The notes under the pieces: generated by a model
Database searches by the model: none
What the model was told of the DNA's origin: nothing
Seen by the model: only the letters and a program-made list of their open reading frames with translations
Shown: in pieces, positions 25,917-39,184 of the stretch
Layout: each line of letters starts with the position of its first letter
Numbering within the stretch: position 1 is the stretch's first letter
Assembly (NCBI RefSeq): GCF_006345805.1
Contig: NC_042997.1
Coordinates: 208,878,001-208,942,000 of the forward strand
Length of the DNA stretch: 64,000 nt
Reading direction: 5' to 3'
Source: Octopus sinensis
Lineage: Eukaryota
Translations under genes and position numbers: made by a program

Positions 25917-26306
25917 GTAGGTAGGTAGGTAGGTAGGTAGGTAGGTAGGTAGGTAGATAGACGGATAGCTGGATAGATAGATTTAGACATTGTTCTCCGT
26001 GAAGTCTCAGCACAGCCTTGTTATAATAACTGTGAACACCAAATGAATTCCTTGTACACATCCCATTCGCATCGTCTTTCAGAGTATATCCCAGTTATCT
26101 CCATTGTTCTTCAAGTTACAATTTCTTCCTGCTTGTTATCATCATCCTCATCATCCTCATCCCTGTCCTCTTTGTTATATCTCAATGCCTTACTCAGTCA
26201 CCCAAAACGCAAAAGGAACATCGTAAATGTGAATCTGTAGTCTTTGTGTTGTGTTAAAAGATCCTTTCGCCAGAGGAGAAGGCGCACAAACATATATGCA
26301 TAGTCT

Positions 26307-26410
26307 TCAAGAATGTTCAGAATAAGGTGGAGGGTCTTCTTTTGGTAGCATAGTACACATTGAAGGATCTTCAAAATATGGGGGACCATAAACCTCATTT
26401 GCAGGTGGCG
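26307..26410 (-). CDS. Uncharacterised type I membrane protein, exon 5 (cytoplasmic tail with PPPY, stop)
   Basis: ttttacag acceptor; phase-compatible frame APPANEVYGPPYFEDPSMCTMLPKEDPPPYSEHS*. Confidence 0.85.
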
Positions 26411-27259
26411 CTGTAAAACAAAAGAGTTATAAGTAATTAGTGTAATTATCTTAGCAGTGACATATATTTAATTCTATAATTTGTTTCAGTCGTTTGACTG
26501 CAGCCATACTGGAGCATTGTCATTTAGTCAAAGAAATCGATCCCAGGATTTATTCTTTGTGAGCCTGAAACATTCTTTCTGTCTCTTGCGCTGAATTGCT
26601 AAGTTACAGGGACATAAACACACCAACATCGGTTGTCAAGTGATGGTGGAGGAGACAGCCCATGGTGCCACACTGGGACTGAGCCCAGAACCTTGTGGTT
26701 GGGAAGCAAGCTGCATACCACACAGCCACGCCTACATTGTTAATTAACTGTTACATGTATTTAGCGTAATTAACGAACAGACAGTTCTTCATCATAACCA
26801 TCATCATTATCATCAGGGTTCCTGGCAATTAGCTTGAAAGACCTCCAGAAGTTGGCTGGCAGATCTTTTATGCTTTATACATTTTCCTTGTGTCAGTAAT
26901 TATGCTGTGGCCATGCTGGAGCCTTACGTTAAGAATTTTTAGTTGAATGAATCAGCCTCAGTACTTGTTCTGTCAGTCTCTTTTGTCAAACTGCTAAGTT
27001 ATGGGGATGTAAACAGACCAATAGCCATCACCGTCAAGCAGTGATGGGGGAAAAACACAAACAGAAGGACACACAATCATATATATATATCACAGGAGTG
27101 GGTGTGTGGTAAGTAGCTTGCTTACCAACCACATAATTCGGGTTCATTCCCACTGCATTACACCTTGGGCAAGTGTCTTCTACTTTTGCCTCGGGCCGAC
27201 CAAACCTTGTGAATGGTTTTGGTAGACAGAAACTGAAAGAAGCCCATCATATATATGTA

Positions 27260-27345
<86 letters not shown>

Positions 27346-27764
27346 GTGTGTATATGTTTATGTGTCTGTGTTTGTCCCCCCCCCCCCAAGCATCGCTTGT
27401 CAACCAATAGTGGTGTGTTTACGTCCCCGTAACTTAGCCGTTCGGCAAAAGAGGCCAATAGAATAAGTACTAGGCTTCAAAAGAATAAGTTCTGGGGTCG
27501 ATTTGCTTGACTAAATGTGGTGCTCCAGCATGGCCACCGTAAAATGACTGAAACAAGTAAAAGAGTAAATATATATATATTGGGCTTCTTTCAGTTTCCA
27601 TCCTGGCGTTAGGAAGGGCATCCAGCCGTAGAAACACTGCCAGATTTGACTGGGCCTGATGAAGCCTTCTGGCTTCACAGACCCCAGTAGAACCGTCCAA
27701 CCCATGCTAGCATGGAAAACGGACGCTAAATGATGATGATGATGATGATGATGATATATATATA

Positions 27765-28393
27765 AAATTGTCAAGAAGGCTGAGGGTGTCTTGGCATCAC
27801 TCACCAAATCCTTTGTGAGCCGCTCTGCGGCTATCTATCTGCGGCTTTATATAGCTATGGTAAGACCTCACCTGGAATTTGCATCACCGGTCTGGAACCC
27901 CTATCTTGCCCAGGATATCGATCATCTGGAAGCTGTTCAGCGACATGTAACCAAAAGAATACCCTCCATCAGGCATTTGCCATATCCTGAACGCCTTACT
28001 TCCCTGGGCATAAAATTATCAACCATCGTACAAACAATAACTCTGAGCACCTTTTCAAACTCCACCCATCTAACACCCGTGGACATATTTACAAAGTAAG
28101 AAAACAGCACAGCTCCCATGACTTCAGGAAACATTTTTTCACGCTGAGAGTTGCTGAAGCATGGAACAAACTGCCGGCATCAGTTGTTAGTTGTCGGAGC
28201 ACTGCATCCTTCAAAACTTCCATGCTTCCTGAGATTAGCCAACACTACACCTGATTTTCTCCCCTCCATACACACACAAGCATGTATCTGACTCATACAT
28301 TGTTCGCTTTCCAGACATTTCTACATTACTGCATGTACTTTATATGCACTTTCTGACAAGTTGTGGTGCACCTGAGCACTGTATACAATAATT

Positions 28394-28429
<36 letters not shown>

Positions 28430-28430
28430 A
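27765..28430 (+). mobile_element. CR1/L2-like LINE 3' fragment with internal deletion
   Basis: AMVRPHLEFASPVWNPYLAQDIDHLEAVQRHVTKRIP; ends in (ATT)n; same family as 9648-10337. Confidence 0.85.
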
Positions 28431-28444
28431 AAATAAATGTGTCC

Positions 28445-28682
28445 TTTTTAAAGCCTAGCCAGGCTCATGGGCCCGGTTTCCTGGTTTCAATGGCGTATGT
28501 GTTCCCCAGCTGGACGGGACGCCAGTCCATCGCAGCGTTACTCCTTTTTGCCAGCTGAGTGGATTGGAGCAATGTGAAATGAAGTGTTTTGCTCAAGACC
28601 ACAACGCGTTGCCCAGTCCAGGAACCGAAACCACAATCTTACGATCATGATGCTGACACCCTAACCACTAAGCCACAGGCCT

Positions 28683-28685
<3 letters not shown>
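28445..28685 (-). mobile_element. tRNA-derived SINE (separate family)
   Basis: Reverse strand begins gtggaggcctgtggcttagtggttagggtgtc...ggtttcggttcc (A/B boxes), followed by gtcttgagcaaaacactt, also seen at ~8000 and ~14130. Confidence 0.65.
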
Positions 28686-28731
<46 letters not shown>

Positions 28732-29605
28732 CACACACAATGGGCTTCTTTCAGTTTCCACCTATGAAATCTATTGATAAGGCTTTGGCCAGCCAGAGGC
28801 TATAGCAGAAAACACTGGCTCAAGGTGCCATGCAGTGATACAGAGCGCAGAACCATAAGGCCCGTAGGTCAACTTCTTACCCCCACACCCACACCTGAGT
28901 CTTTTACTAGATTCTTCTCCATTCTCAAAATTTATTGAAACAAAACAGCATAATTCAAGAGAAATATGGTAACAGAATGGTTAAGCACAGCTAAACATCA
29001 ATACTGAAACAAGTTATATTAGTCTATTAATGAGCTGTGTTAACGAGAGATGGCTGAAATTACTACCAAAGTAGATGCAGATGTCAATGAAATCATCATC
29101 ATCATCATCATCATCATCGTTTGACGTCGGTTTTCCATGCTGGCATGGGTTGGATGGTTTGACTGAAGATTGGCAAGCCAGGAGGCTGCACCAGGCTCCA
29201 ATCTGATCTGGTAAGGTTTCTACAGCTGGATGCCCTTCCTAATGCCAACCACTCCGGGAGTGTAGTGGGTGCTTTTTACGTGCCACTGGCATGGGAGCCA
29301 GTCGGGTGGCACTAGCATTGGCCACGTTCAGATGGTGCTTTTTCATTATAAATATCGTTTTCAAATTCTGACACAAGGCCAACAATATTAGGGGACAGGG
29401 AAACTCGATCACACTGGCCCCAGTGCTCATCTGGTACTTATTCTTTCGACCCTGAAAGGATAAAAAGCAAAGTCATCTTTGGCAGAATTTGAACTCAGAA
29501 CACAAAGACAGACTAGATTCCACTTAGCATTTTGCCCAACATGCTAACGATCCTGACAGCTCGTTACCCTAAATCATTATAAGTATGAAATGTGAGGAAA
29601 CTTAC

Positions 29606-29809
29606 CTGAAGGTCTAATTTGTTCGTGGTTGATCTGTTGTACTGGAAGAACTGTACCATTAACAGTTCTTTTCTCTTTGGAACATTTAGAGCAATAACAT
29701 ACAGCAATTACGATCGCGATGATTATAATTATTATAACGACTATTGTTATAATGATGGTTTTCATCGGGCCATCTGAAATGACATCTGTTTTTCTTAGTT
29801 GGATAACAT
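29606..29809 (-). CDS. Uncharacterised type I membrane protein, exon 4 (transmembrane helix)
   Basis: tctctag acceptor, CAG|gtaagt donor; TIIITIVVIIIIIIAIVIAVCYC followed by basic SKCSKEKR. Confidence 0.85.
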
Positions 29810-30585
29810 CTAGAGAAAAATAATCGCAGCAAAGTACCTCCAGTATGGAGGTTGGTTGATATATTTTAGAAACACAGATCAACAATGGATAATCAAGCAA
29901 AAATATACAAGCCCTTTAATTCCTATTTTGGCACCAACACACCACAACCACTTTCTACACTCACACAATGTATCCTTCCTCCATTGCAAATATTACTACT
30001 ACTACTACTACTACTACAACAACACAAAAAATAATAATCTTTTCTAAATTAGGCACAAGGACTTAAATTTAGGGGTAAAAGGCAAGTCAATTACATCAAC
30101 CCCAGTATTCAACTGGTACTTATTTTATCAGTCCCGAAAGGATGAAAGGCAAAGTCAACCTTGGCAGAATTTGAACTCAGAATGTAAAGTAGGATGAAGT
30201 GTTGCTAAGCATTTTGCACAGGGTGCTGACAATCCCATCAGCTTGCTACCTTAATACAAATAGGTAAAAAAAAAAAAAGAAAAGGGCAAGAATAATAATA
30301 AGAATAAGATGATAATTATTCCTATGGTAATTTGGTAATTGGTTCACTTGGCACACACCCAAGTAATTTAGCTAAGGGAAAGAAAGAGAGTGGAATTGAG
30401 ACGAGGATTGTCAACCTGCAGAAAAGGGCCATACTGTATTCTGTAAGAATCCTAAGAAATATTCCTGAAATTCTAAGAGACTTGTTGACCAAACCTCAAG
30501 ACAATAGCCCTGCTAGCATAGGGTTTAATGATAATGGTAATAATGATGATGATGATGATGATGATAATAATATTATAAAAAAGGA

Positions 30586-31690
30586 TTGATGTAACTCTTC
30601 ACAAAGGTAAACGTTCAAGACAAAGAGCACGATTCGATTGTAAGATATTTTATTAGCTTAACGATATTTCAACAGTACGTCTGTCTTTGTCAAGTTCAAA
30701 ATAAGAGGTGAAAAAAATTCAAAATTACAGAAATTTAAACGTAAAGTATGAACGAGAGCAACCAGCGTCCACACGTTGATGGGATAATATCATCCGTTTT
30801 TAAGTTACGATTTTATAACAGGTGAAAAGAAAAAGACAGAAAAAAGAAGACGACAGAAAAAAGGAAAGAAAGGAGAGAAAGAAGAATATCTAATCAAACA
30901 GTTTTGTATGAATTTGATGAAATTCTCCTGTCATTTTATTGATTCCTCCAGGAATATAAGAGAATTATTGACCTCTATTTCTGACTCCAAGAAAATGAAC
31001 ATTGGAGTATCTGCATGTTGCACCTTGAAAAACAGCCACAAGAGAGGTAAGCTTTGTTCATTGTGCAACAACATGAGTGAAGTGAATTCCATCAGGAATC
31101 ATAACAGAAATGTTATGATTTATACAGAAGGTGGAAGATGTAAAGATTCCCATTTGGTGTACGCTGCAGAATGCGTGAAACACAATTAAACAAAAGGTTT
31201 AATGGGCACAGATTCGATGTCAGGCACAATAACAGTAGTTCGACAGAACTTGCCGAACATTTCGCTGCAATTTTGAAGAAGACTTAAAAGTGCATATTCT
31301 CAGAAAATATTCTGAATCTGCTTCACTTTCACTTCTCAAAATGCATGAGGAGAAATATGTTTGTGGGTTATTAACATCACGCCCTGGAGGAATGAATAAA
31401 ATGACAGGAGAATTTCATCAAATTCATACAAAACTGTTTGATTAGATATTCTTCTTTCTCTCCTTTTCTTTCCTTTTTTCTGTCGTCTTCTTTTTCTGTT
31501 TTTTTTCTGTCTTTTTCTTTTCACCTGTTATAAAATCGTAACTTAAAAATGGATGATATTATCCCATCAACGTGTGGACGCTGGTTGCTCTCGTTCATAC
31601 TTTACGTTTAAATTTCTGTAATTTTGAATTTTTATCATTTTTTATTTTGAACTTGACAAAGACAGACGTACAGTTGAAATATCGTTCAAC
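30586..31690 (+). mobile_element. Penelope-like element 3' remnant: GIY-YIG endonuclease plus inverted pLTR copies
   Basis: Frameshifted C..C...CKDSHLVYAAEC / QLNKRFNGHRFD...ELAEHF / DLKVHIL / EEKYVCGLLTSRPGGMN; ~300-bp inverted arms 30660-30952 and 31383-31686. Confidence 0.85.
31647..31689 (+). ncRNA. Minimal hammerhead motif, U3:A8 core variant, in Penelope pLTR
   Basis: ttgaac-TTGACAA-a-gacag-acgta-cagtt-GAA-ATAT-C|gttcaa; mirror copy 30657-30699 (-) has the same core and a fully paired helix II. Confidence 0.65.
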
Positions 31691-31724
<34 letters not shown>

Positions 31725-31725
<1 letters not shown>

Positions 31726-32249
31726 TTGCAACAAGTATGGACTTGACAGAGCAAAAAATTGGTACAACCACAAACCTGAAAGCATCGTCGAAAATAGAAA
31801 TGCAAAGATCCTATGAGATTTTATGATTCAGTGCGACCATAAGATAGAGAATAGAAGGCCAGACATGGTCTTAATTGAGAAAGAAAACAAACTACGCTGG
31901 ATCATAGATATAGCATGCCCAGCTGACAACAAGGTATGCGATAAGGAAGAAAGAAAAGTCGATAGATATGACAGGTTAGCTTGGGAAGTTAAGCAGTTGT
32001 GGTTGATGAAAAAGGTAGCAGTAGTACCAATACTTGTCAGAGCCCTGGGAACAGTGAGTAAAAATCTTGAGAAGTACATGGAAAAATAGGGGCTGCAATA
32101 AGGGTGGAGCACTGGCAGAAAACAGCACTACTTGGAACCGCTTGAATACTCCGGAAGGTGCTTGAAAAATAAGAGGTGGTATCTTAGTTCACTGGTAGTG
32201 AACAGCTGACACCTTAGTATATCTCCAGCGATAGAAGCTGTGCAAAGGC

Positions 32250-32250
<1 letters not shown>
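31725..32250 (+). mobile_element. R4/Dong-like retrotransposon, 5'-truncated RLE domain
   Basis: IQCDHKIENRRPDMVLIEK...WIIDIACP...KVDRYDRL (PD..D RLE motif); (TAA)n on both sides (31691-31724, 32251-32340). Confidence 0.85.
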
Positions 32251-32313
<63 letters not shown>

Positions 32314-33127
32314 GTAATTATAATAATAATAATAATAATGATGATGATGATGATTTCGAATTTTGCCACAAAGGCAGCAATTTTGGGGGAGGGGATGAGT
32401 TGATTACATTGACCCCAGTATTCAACTGGTACTTATTTTATCGATCCTGAAATGATGAAAGGCAAAGTCAACCTCGGCAGAATTTGAACTCAGAAAATTG
32501 TGACGGGTGAAATACCGCTAAGCCTTTTGTCCAGTGTGCTAACGATTTTGCCAGCTCACCGCCTTCATAATAGTAATAACAATGACAACGACAGTAACAA
32601 CTACAACAACAATAGCTATAACAACATCAACTACAACAACAGCAACAACAACAACAACAACCATGAACAGAGAATTATGCCTAGAGTACACATGTCTGTG
32701 GAGTATTCAACCACATGCATGTTAATTTTACAAGCAAGCTGCTCTCTCATAGTCATAACTGATTTTTCTTATATGAAGTATGCTCCATAAAAGAAAAGTC
32801 TTTCAGTTTCCTGAGATGGCTGACATTAAAACAGTTTTCTTTCATTGCTTTTGTGGATTCTTAATTCCTGTTTCAGATTTGATCTATCTTGTGTTATTAC
32901 ATTTATGCTGTTTTCCCACCAAATTGTCCACACCTGTCATGACACAAGCTTAAATAGGGTGTCAATTACAAATCACCTTGAACAGGTGAAACACTTCACA
33001 GCAGGTCATCTCGACACCCATTCAAATTCTACATTATGTCACATAAAGCCATCTGGAGACATCATAGTTTCATATTATTCAACATTTGCTTTTCTCACTT
33101 TTATCAAACTTTGGAATTGTGCTGCTT

Positions 33128-34350
33128 TTGACCCTCATCAGACTCCAGTGTTATCCCACATCTGGCACCCACAAACTCCAACGTTATCCTACATTTGGTT
33201 TTCATTAAATTCCAATATAATCCTAAATCTGGCTCTCATCAAACTCCAATGTTATTCCACATATGGCTCTCATCAAACTCCAATGTTATCCCACATATGG
33301 CTCTCATCAAACTCGACTGTTATTCCCACATCTGTCACTCATCAAACTCCAATGTTATCCCACATATGGCTCTCATCAAACTCCAGTGTTATCCCACATA
33401 TGGCTCTCATCAAACTCCCAATGTTATCCCACATCTAGCCCTCATCAAACTCCAATGTTATCCCACATATGGCTCTCATTAAACTCCAGTGTTATCCCAC
33501 ATCTGGCTCTCACCAAGCTCCAATGTTATCCGACATCTGGCTCTCATTAAACTCCAGTGTTATCCCACATATGGCTCTCATCAAACTCCAATGTTATCCA
33601 ACATCTGGCTCTCATTAAACTCCAGTGTTATCCCACATCTGGCTCTCATTAAACTCCAGTGTTATCCCACATCTGGCTCTCATTAAACTCCAGTGTTATC
33701 CCACATATGGCTCTCATTAAACTCCAGTGTTATCCCATATATGGCTCTCATCAAACTCCAATGTTATCCGACATCTGGCTCTCATTAAACTCCAGTGTTA
33801 TCCCACATATGGCTCTCATTAAACTCCGTGTTATCCCACATCTGGCTCTCATTAAACTCCAGTGTTATCCCACATATGGCTCTCATTAAACTCCAGTGTT
33901 ATCCCACATATGGCTCTCATCAAACTCCAATGTTATCCCACATATGGCTCTCATTAAACTCAAGTGTTATCCCACATCTGGCTCTCATTAAACTCCAATG
34001 TTATCCCACATATGGCTCTCATCAAGCTCCAATGTTATCCCACATCTGGCTCTCATTAAACTCCAGTGTTATCCCACATCTGGCTCTCATTAAACTCCGT
34101 GTTATCCCACATCTGGCTTTCACCAAGCTCCAATGTTATCCCACATCTGGCTCTCATCAAACTCCAGTGTTATCCCACATCTGGCTCTCATTAAACTCTG
34201 TGTTATCCCACATCTGGCTTTCACCAAGCTCCAATGTTATCCCACATCTGGCTCTCATCAAACTCAAGTGTTATCCCACATATGGCTCTCATTAAACTCC
34301 AGTGTTATCCCACATCTGGCTCTCATCAAACTCCAGTGTTATCCCGCATC
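33128..34350. repeat. 34-bp minisatellite (gttatcccacatatggctctcatcaaactccaat), roughly 35 copies
   Basis: Directly visible periodicity; explains the overlapping pseudo-ORFs 32845-34504. Confidence 0.95.
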
Positions 34351-34485
34351 TGACACTGATCAATGTACAGTATTTTCCCAAACACAACATACAACAAACT
34401 TTGAAATGAACCCACTTATTTACACGTCGGGCACACATTTTCCTCCAGTTGACCCACATCTTAGAGGAACAAATGAAACACTTAC

Positions 34486-34615
34486 CCTTTCTCATCACAA
34501 TTAATGTGAAGTCATAATTATAGACATCCAGATTTTTCCGAACTAATTCTATTCTCAAAAGTTTTCTTTGGCTGCAGATGAAATCTGTTGGTGATGGGTT
34601 GCATGAGAACACCTC
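34486..34615 (-). CDS. Uncharacterised type I membrane protein, exon 3
   Basis: ctttcag acceptor, G|gtaagt donor; EVFSCNPSPTDFICSQRKLLRIELVRKNLDVYNYDFTLIVMRK; phases 0/1 join exons 2 and 4. Confidence 0.85.
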
Positions 34616-34699
34616 CTGAAAGAAGAGGATTCGTGAAATTTCCATTGAATTGGCAGCCGTCAAGTGAAACATCACAGTAATCACTGTTGGTGGATTGAG

Positions 34700-35166
34700 G
34701 GGGCTGGAGGAGGAGGAGGAGGAGGAGGGGTAGGAGAGGAGGAGGGAGTGGAGGAGAAAGGGCAGGAGAAAAGAGGATAGGAAGGGAAGGAGAAGAGTGG
34801 GGTAGGAAGACACAATGATGATGAGGATGAGGAGAGGGACAAGGACTCGGAGGAGGACAAAGAGGAGGACAAGGAGAAGGACGAAAAGAAGGAGGAAGAG
34901 GAGGAGGAGGAAGAGAAGGAGGGAAGGAGGAGGAAGAAGAGGAGGAGGGGAGAATGATGACAATGACGGTGGTGGTAGTGTTGGTGGTGGTGGTGGTGGT
35001 GCAGCAGTTGTTGACGACGATGACGACGACAATGATGATGATGATGATGAGGATGAGGATAATGATGATGGCAATGATGATGCTGATGATACTAGTGATG
35101 ATGATGATGATGATGACAACGATGATGATGATGATGATGACAACGATGATGATGATGATGATGACT

Positions 35167-35197
<31 letters not shown>

Positions 35198-35280
35198 CGA
35201 TGACAATGAAGATGATGACGATGATGATGCTGATGAGGATGATGATGATGATGATGATGACAACGACGACGACGACGTTC
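34700..35280. repeat. Compound trinucleotide tract (GGA/GGT/GAT)n
   Basis: Low-complexity intronic tract producing spurious poly-D/poly-M/poly-I ORFs. Confidence 0.9.
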
Positions 35281-35938
35281 ATACGTAACAGGCTTCGTTC
35301 AGTCTCCGTCTATCAAATCCACTCAAGATATATTCAAACTTGAGAGAAAAGGAACAGATGAAATTTTGAGCAGAATAAGATTGAATTTTATCTTCAGACT
35401 AAACAACAGCAACAACAATAACAATAACAGCAAATATTGTATCCCCATAACCCATTGCCCCGTCAGCATGAAATGTACCCTTTCATTGTTTACATTATTT
35501 ACATTATTTACATTTGACAGATATTTTTTTTTAATATTTTTAGCTACCCACAATGGGTTAAACACTGAGGGGACAAACAACGACAGACAAACGAATTAAG
35601 TCGATTACATCGACCCCAGTGCGTAACTGGTACTTAATTTATCGATCCCGAAAGGATGAAAGGTAAAGTCGACCTCAGCGGAATTTGAACCCAGAACGTA
35701 ACAGCAGACAAAATACAGCTACGCATTTTGCTCAGCATGCTAACGTTTCTGCCAGCTCGCCACCTTCTTTTGACGGATATTTACATTAACAACAAGACGA
35801 GGACAAATATCCATCAAGTGTAAATAATGTACATAATTGGTCATCCCTTAAATATAGGACTGCTTTATACCCTTTCGTTCTGGTAATTTCTTTCCCTAAA
35901 AAAAACCCCCCACAAAAAGAGAAGCAGCCATCACTTAC

Positions 35939-36165
35939 CTTCGGTCCACTCGTATTGTCAGTAAAAACATTTAACTTGACATAGCAGTCTTCTATGTTAA
36001 TGTTCTTAATGTCCATACAGATATCTCCATCTTCTGTTTTAAAAGTCAGGTTACAACTCGTGGCCCTATATAGGACAGTTGACTGACTCAGTGTGTTTAC
36101 TTCAAACTTGGTTTTCGTCACATCAATGTAAGTCTTCCTATTGCATTGGTAATAATCAAATGAAA
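35939..36165 (-). CDS. Uncharacterised type I membrane protein, exon 2 (CUB-like ectodomain)
   Basis: ttttccag acceptor, AAG|gtaagt donor; ISFDYYQCNRK...TSCNLTFKTEDGDICMDIKNINIEDCYVKLNVF; domain assignment is inference. Confidence 0.85.
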
Positions 36166-36447
36166 CTGGAAAATAATACACAAAAATAAGCTTTAATAAC
36201 ATTGTGCACATGTAAAAAAGAAAAAGGGCTCTTGCCCTGTTGTTTAGGCACCTGTGGCTTTTGTGGGTTTTTTCCACAAGGACCTTAAAGTGCCTCCCCT
36301 ATTGGGAGTTTAATTTGTTCAATTTTATTTTATTATTACATTGTGTACACACAAAGATCCATTGTATCGTCCTCTGTTTTGTCTTTAATGTTGTTTTATG
36401 TGAGCCCTTGTGGCTAATAAAAGAATTTATTATTATTGTTATTATTC

Positions 36448-36497
<50 letters not shown>

Positions 36498-36867
36498 TTA
36501 TTTTTTATTTATTTTTTTATTTCCCCTCTTCTTCTAGTGTCATATATTATGTATATTTCCCTTCTTCTAATATATACTGTGTATACTTTTTATCCTTCTA
36601 TCATATGTAAACTCCTCACACTTTATGTCTATCTTTGTATTGTTCCCCTCATCCTTTGCCCTACCAGCAAATAAAAGAAATCATTATTATTATTATTATT
36701 ATTATCATTATTTTCATTAGTATCCTCTTTCAATTCTGCTTTCATTTCTTGCTGAGTGTCTTCCTGACACCTAGGGTGTATTATCATTATTATCATTATC
36801 ATCATCATCATCATCATAACTACTACTACTTCTACTACTACTAATACTACTACTATACTACTACTAC

Positions 36868-36917
<50 letters not shown>

Positions 36918-36936
36918 GAAAGGATTATTATTATCA

Positions 36937-36977
<41 letters not shown>

Positions 36978-37469
36978 TTATGTTTGACTTTTGCTTTGTA
37001 TTTGTACGAGTTGGCTCCAAGTCTCACCCAGAGACCTCAAGAGACAACAAGTTAGAAGTTCATGTTGGTGTTGTGCCTAGGGTGCCATATATTTGGTTTT
37101 GTACTTAGTGTTGTTCTTGAGAATGTTTAAGAAAAAATAAGAAAATTATGAGTTTGTTTTAAAATTTGAGATTACATAGAAAGTATTTTGCGTAGGATAT
37201 GAGCAGTTCCCATGAGCACTATCTTTTGAATTTCATTTTGGGATTTCTTGGTATCTGAGCTAGGTAGCAATCAGCCCCTTTTGCTATCATTTCTAGGGCA
37301 CCTATGATAACAGGTATTGTTTTAGTCTTCAGGTTCCACATTTTGCTAATTTCTATTTCAAGATCTTTATACTTGCTCAGTTTTTGGTAGGTCTTGACAG
37401 ATATATTTATGTCAAGTGGGACAGTCATATCAATGAGGAGGCATGATTTTTGCCTGAAATCTTTCACTT
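36978..37469 (-). mobile_element. R4/Dong-like retrotransposon, short 5'-truncated copy
   Basis: CLLIDMTVPLDINISVKTYQKLSKYKDLEIEISKMW; flanked by (TAA)n; near-duplicate of the 3' end of 37607-38589. Confidence 0.85.
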
Positions 37470-37496
37470 TTATTATTATTATTATTATCATTATTA

Positions 37497-37532
<36 letters not shown>

Positions 37533-37537
37533 CATTA

Positions 37538-37579
<42 letters not shown>

Positions 37580-37606
37580 CATTATTATCATTATTATTAT
37601 TATTAT

Positions 37607-38586
37607 TCTATGTTTGACTTTTGCTTTATATTTGTACAAGTTGGCTCCAAGTCTCACCCAGAGACCTCAAGAGACAACAGGGTTGGAAGTTCATGTTGTT
37701 GTTATGCCTAGTGTGCCATATATTTGGGGGGTGGGGATGTTGTACTAATGAATGTCTAAAAAAAAAAAAAAATTTTTTTTTTTTTTTTTTTTTTTTTTAA
37801 ACCGAAAATTAGGGTTGTTTTAAACCTTGAGGTTACATAGAGAGTATTTTGCGTAGGATATGAGCAGTTCCCATGAGCACTATCTTTTGAACTTCTGCCA
37901 TTTTTGGGTTTCCTGGTATCTGAGTTAGGTAGCTATCAGCCCCTTTTGCTATCATTCCCAGGGCACCTATGACAACAGGTATTGTTTTAGTCTTCAGCTT
38001 CCACATTTTGCTGATTTCTATTTCAAGATCTTTATATTTGCTCAGTTTTTGGTAGGTCCTGACAGATACGTTTATATCGATTGGGACAGTCATATCAATG
38101 AGGAGGCATGTTCTTTGTTTGAAGTCTTTCAATATGATGTCTGGCCTATTTGCATCTATCTTCCTGTCAGTTTGAATGGTGAAGTTCCAGAGGAGTGAGA
38201 TGTGGTCATTTTCAAGCACTGGGGGTGGTTTGTGTTCCCACCAGTTTTTTTCATGGGGCAAATCCAGGTTTTTACAGATTACCCAGTGAATATATTGTGC
38301 AGCTCTATCGTGCCTGTTGAGATACTCTGTAGGCGCTAGAAGACTGCACTTGGAGACCACATGGTCAATGGTTTCATTTGTGTTGCTTGCATACACGACA
38401 CGTTGGACTGCTTCTGATCTTTAATATGTTGGCCTGGTAGTTTCTTGTTGGTAGGCATTGATCTTGAGCTGCTATGATAAACCCCTCTGTTTCAGATTTT
38501 AAGCCAGAGGCCATTAGCCATTGATGGGTCAGGGTTTTGTCGATATCTGCATTATTCGCTCTCTTTGGGTATTTGCCGTAGAGAGG

Positions 38587-38589
<3 letters not shown>
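37607..38589 (-). mobile_element. R4/Dong-like retrotransposon, CCHC plus RLE domain
   Basis: ETIDHVVSKC...RHDR...ANRPDIILKD...CLLIDMTVP...KLSKYKDL; bounded by long (TAA)n arrays. Confidence 0.9.
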
Positions 38590-38631
<42 letters not shown>

Positions 38632-38639
38632 TATTATTA

Positions 38640-38700
<61 letters not shown>

Positions 38701-38759
38701 CATCATTATTATTATTATTATTATTATTATCATCATTATTATTATTATTATTATTATCA

Positions 38760-38800
<41 letters not shown>

Positions 38801-38816
38801 TATTATTATTATTATA

Positions 38817-38861
<45 letters not shown>

Positions 38862-38896
38862 TATTATTATTATTATTATTATTATCATCATTATTA

Positions 38897-38930
<34 letters not shown>

Positions 38931-39096
38931 GGTGGCGAGCTAGCAGAATCGTTAGCACACCAGGCAAAATGTTTACATCTGTCAGTACTCACTTCACTAC
39001 GACCACTAACACTCCACTTTCACTATCATAACAGCACTATTGCCACCACCACCACCACTACCATAATCGCCACCCCAACACCATCATGATACTTAC

Positions 39097-39184
39097 TTCT
39101 TTTAACTTCCTCTTCTGTTCTTGAAACAGAAATACAGAGAAGCAGCAATAGGAATATCTCATAGAAGAAGTTCGCTTTCGCCAT
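39097..39184 (-). CDS. Uncharacterised type I membrane protein, exon 1 (signal peptide)
   Basis: tacag acceptor at 39191, ATG at 39184, MAKANFFYEIFLLLLLCISVSRTEEEVKR, A|gtaagt donor; the five exons total 753 nt = 250 aa plus stop. Confidence 0.85.

Noticed and set aside
32845-34504. Overlapping repetitive ORFs, superficially a repeat protein or a CRISPR-like array
   Set aside because: A 34-bp head-to-tail minisatellite with no unique spacers; eukaryotic context and no cas genes.
34518-35343. Poly-Asp, poly-Met and poly-Ile ORFs of 130-280 aa
   Set aside because: Trinucleotide tract inside an intron; only 34486-34615 has splice sites and complex sequence.
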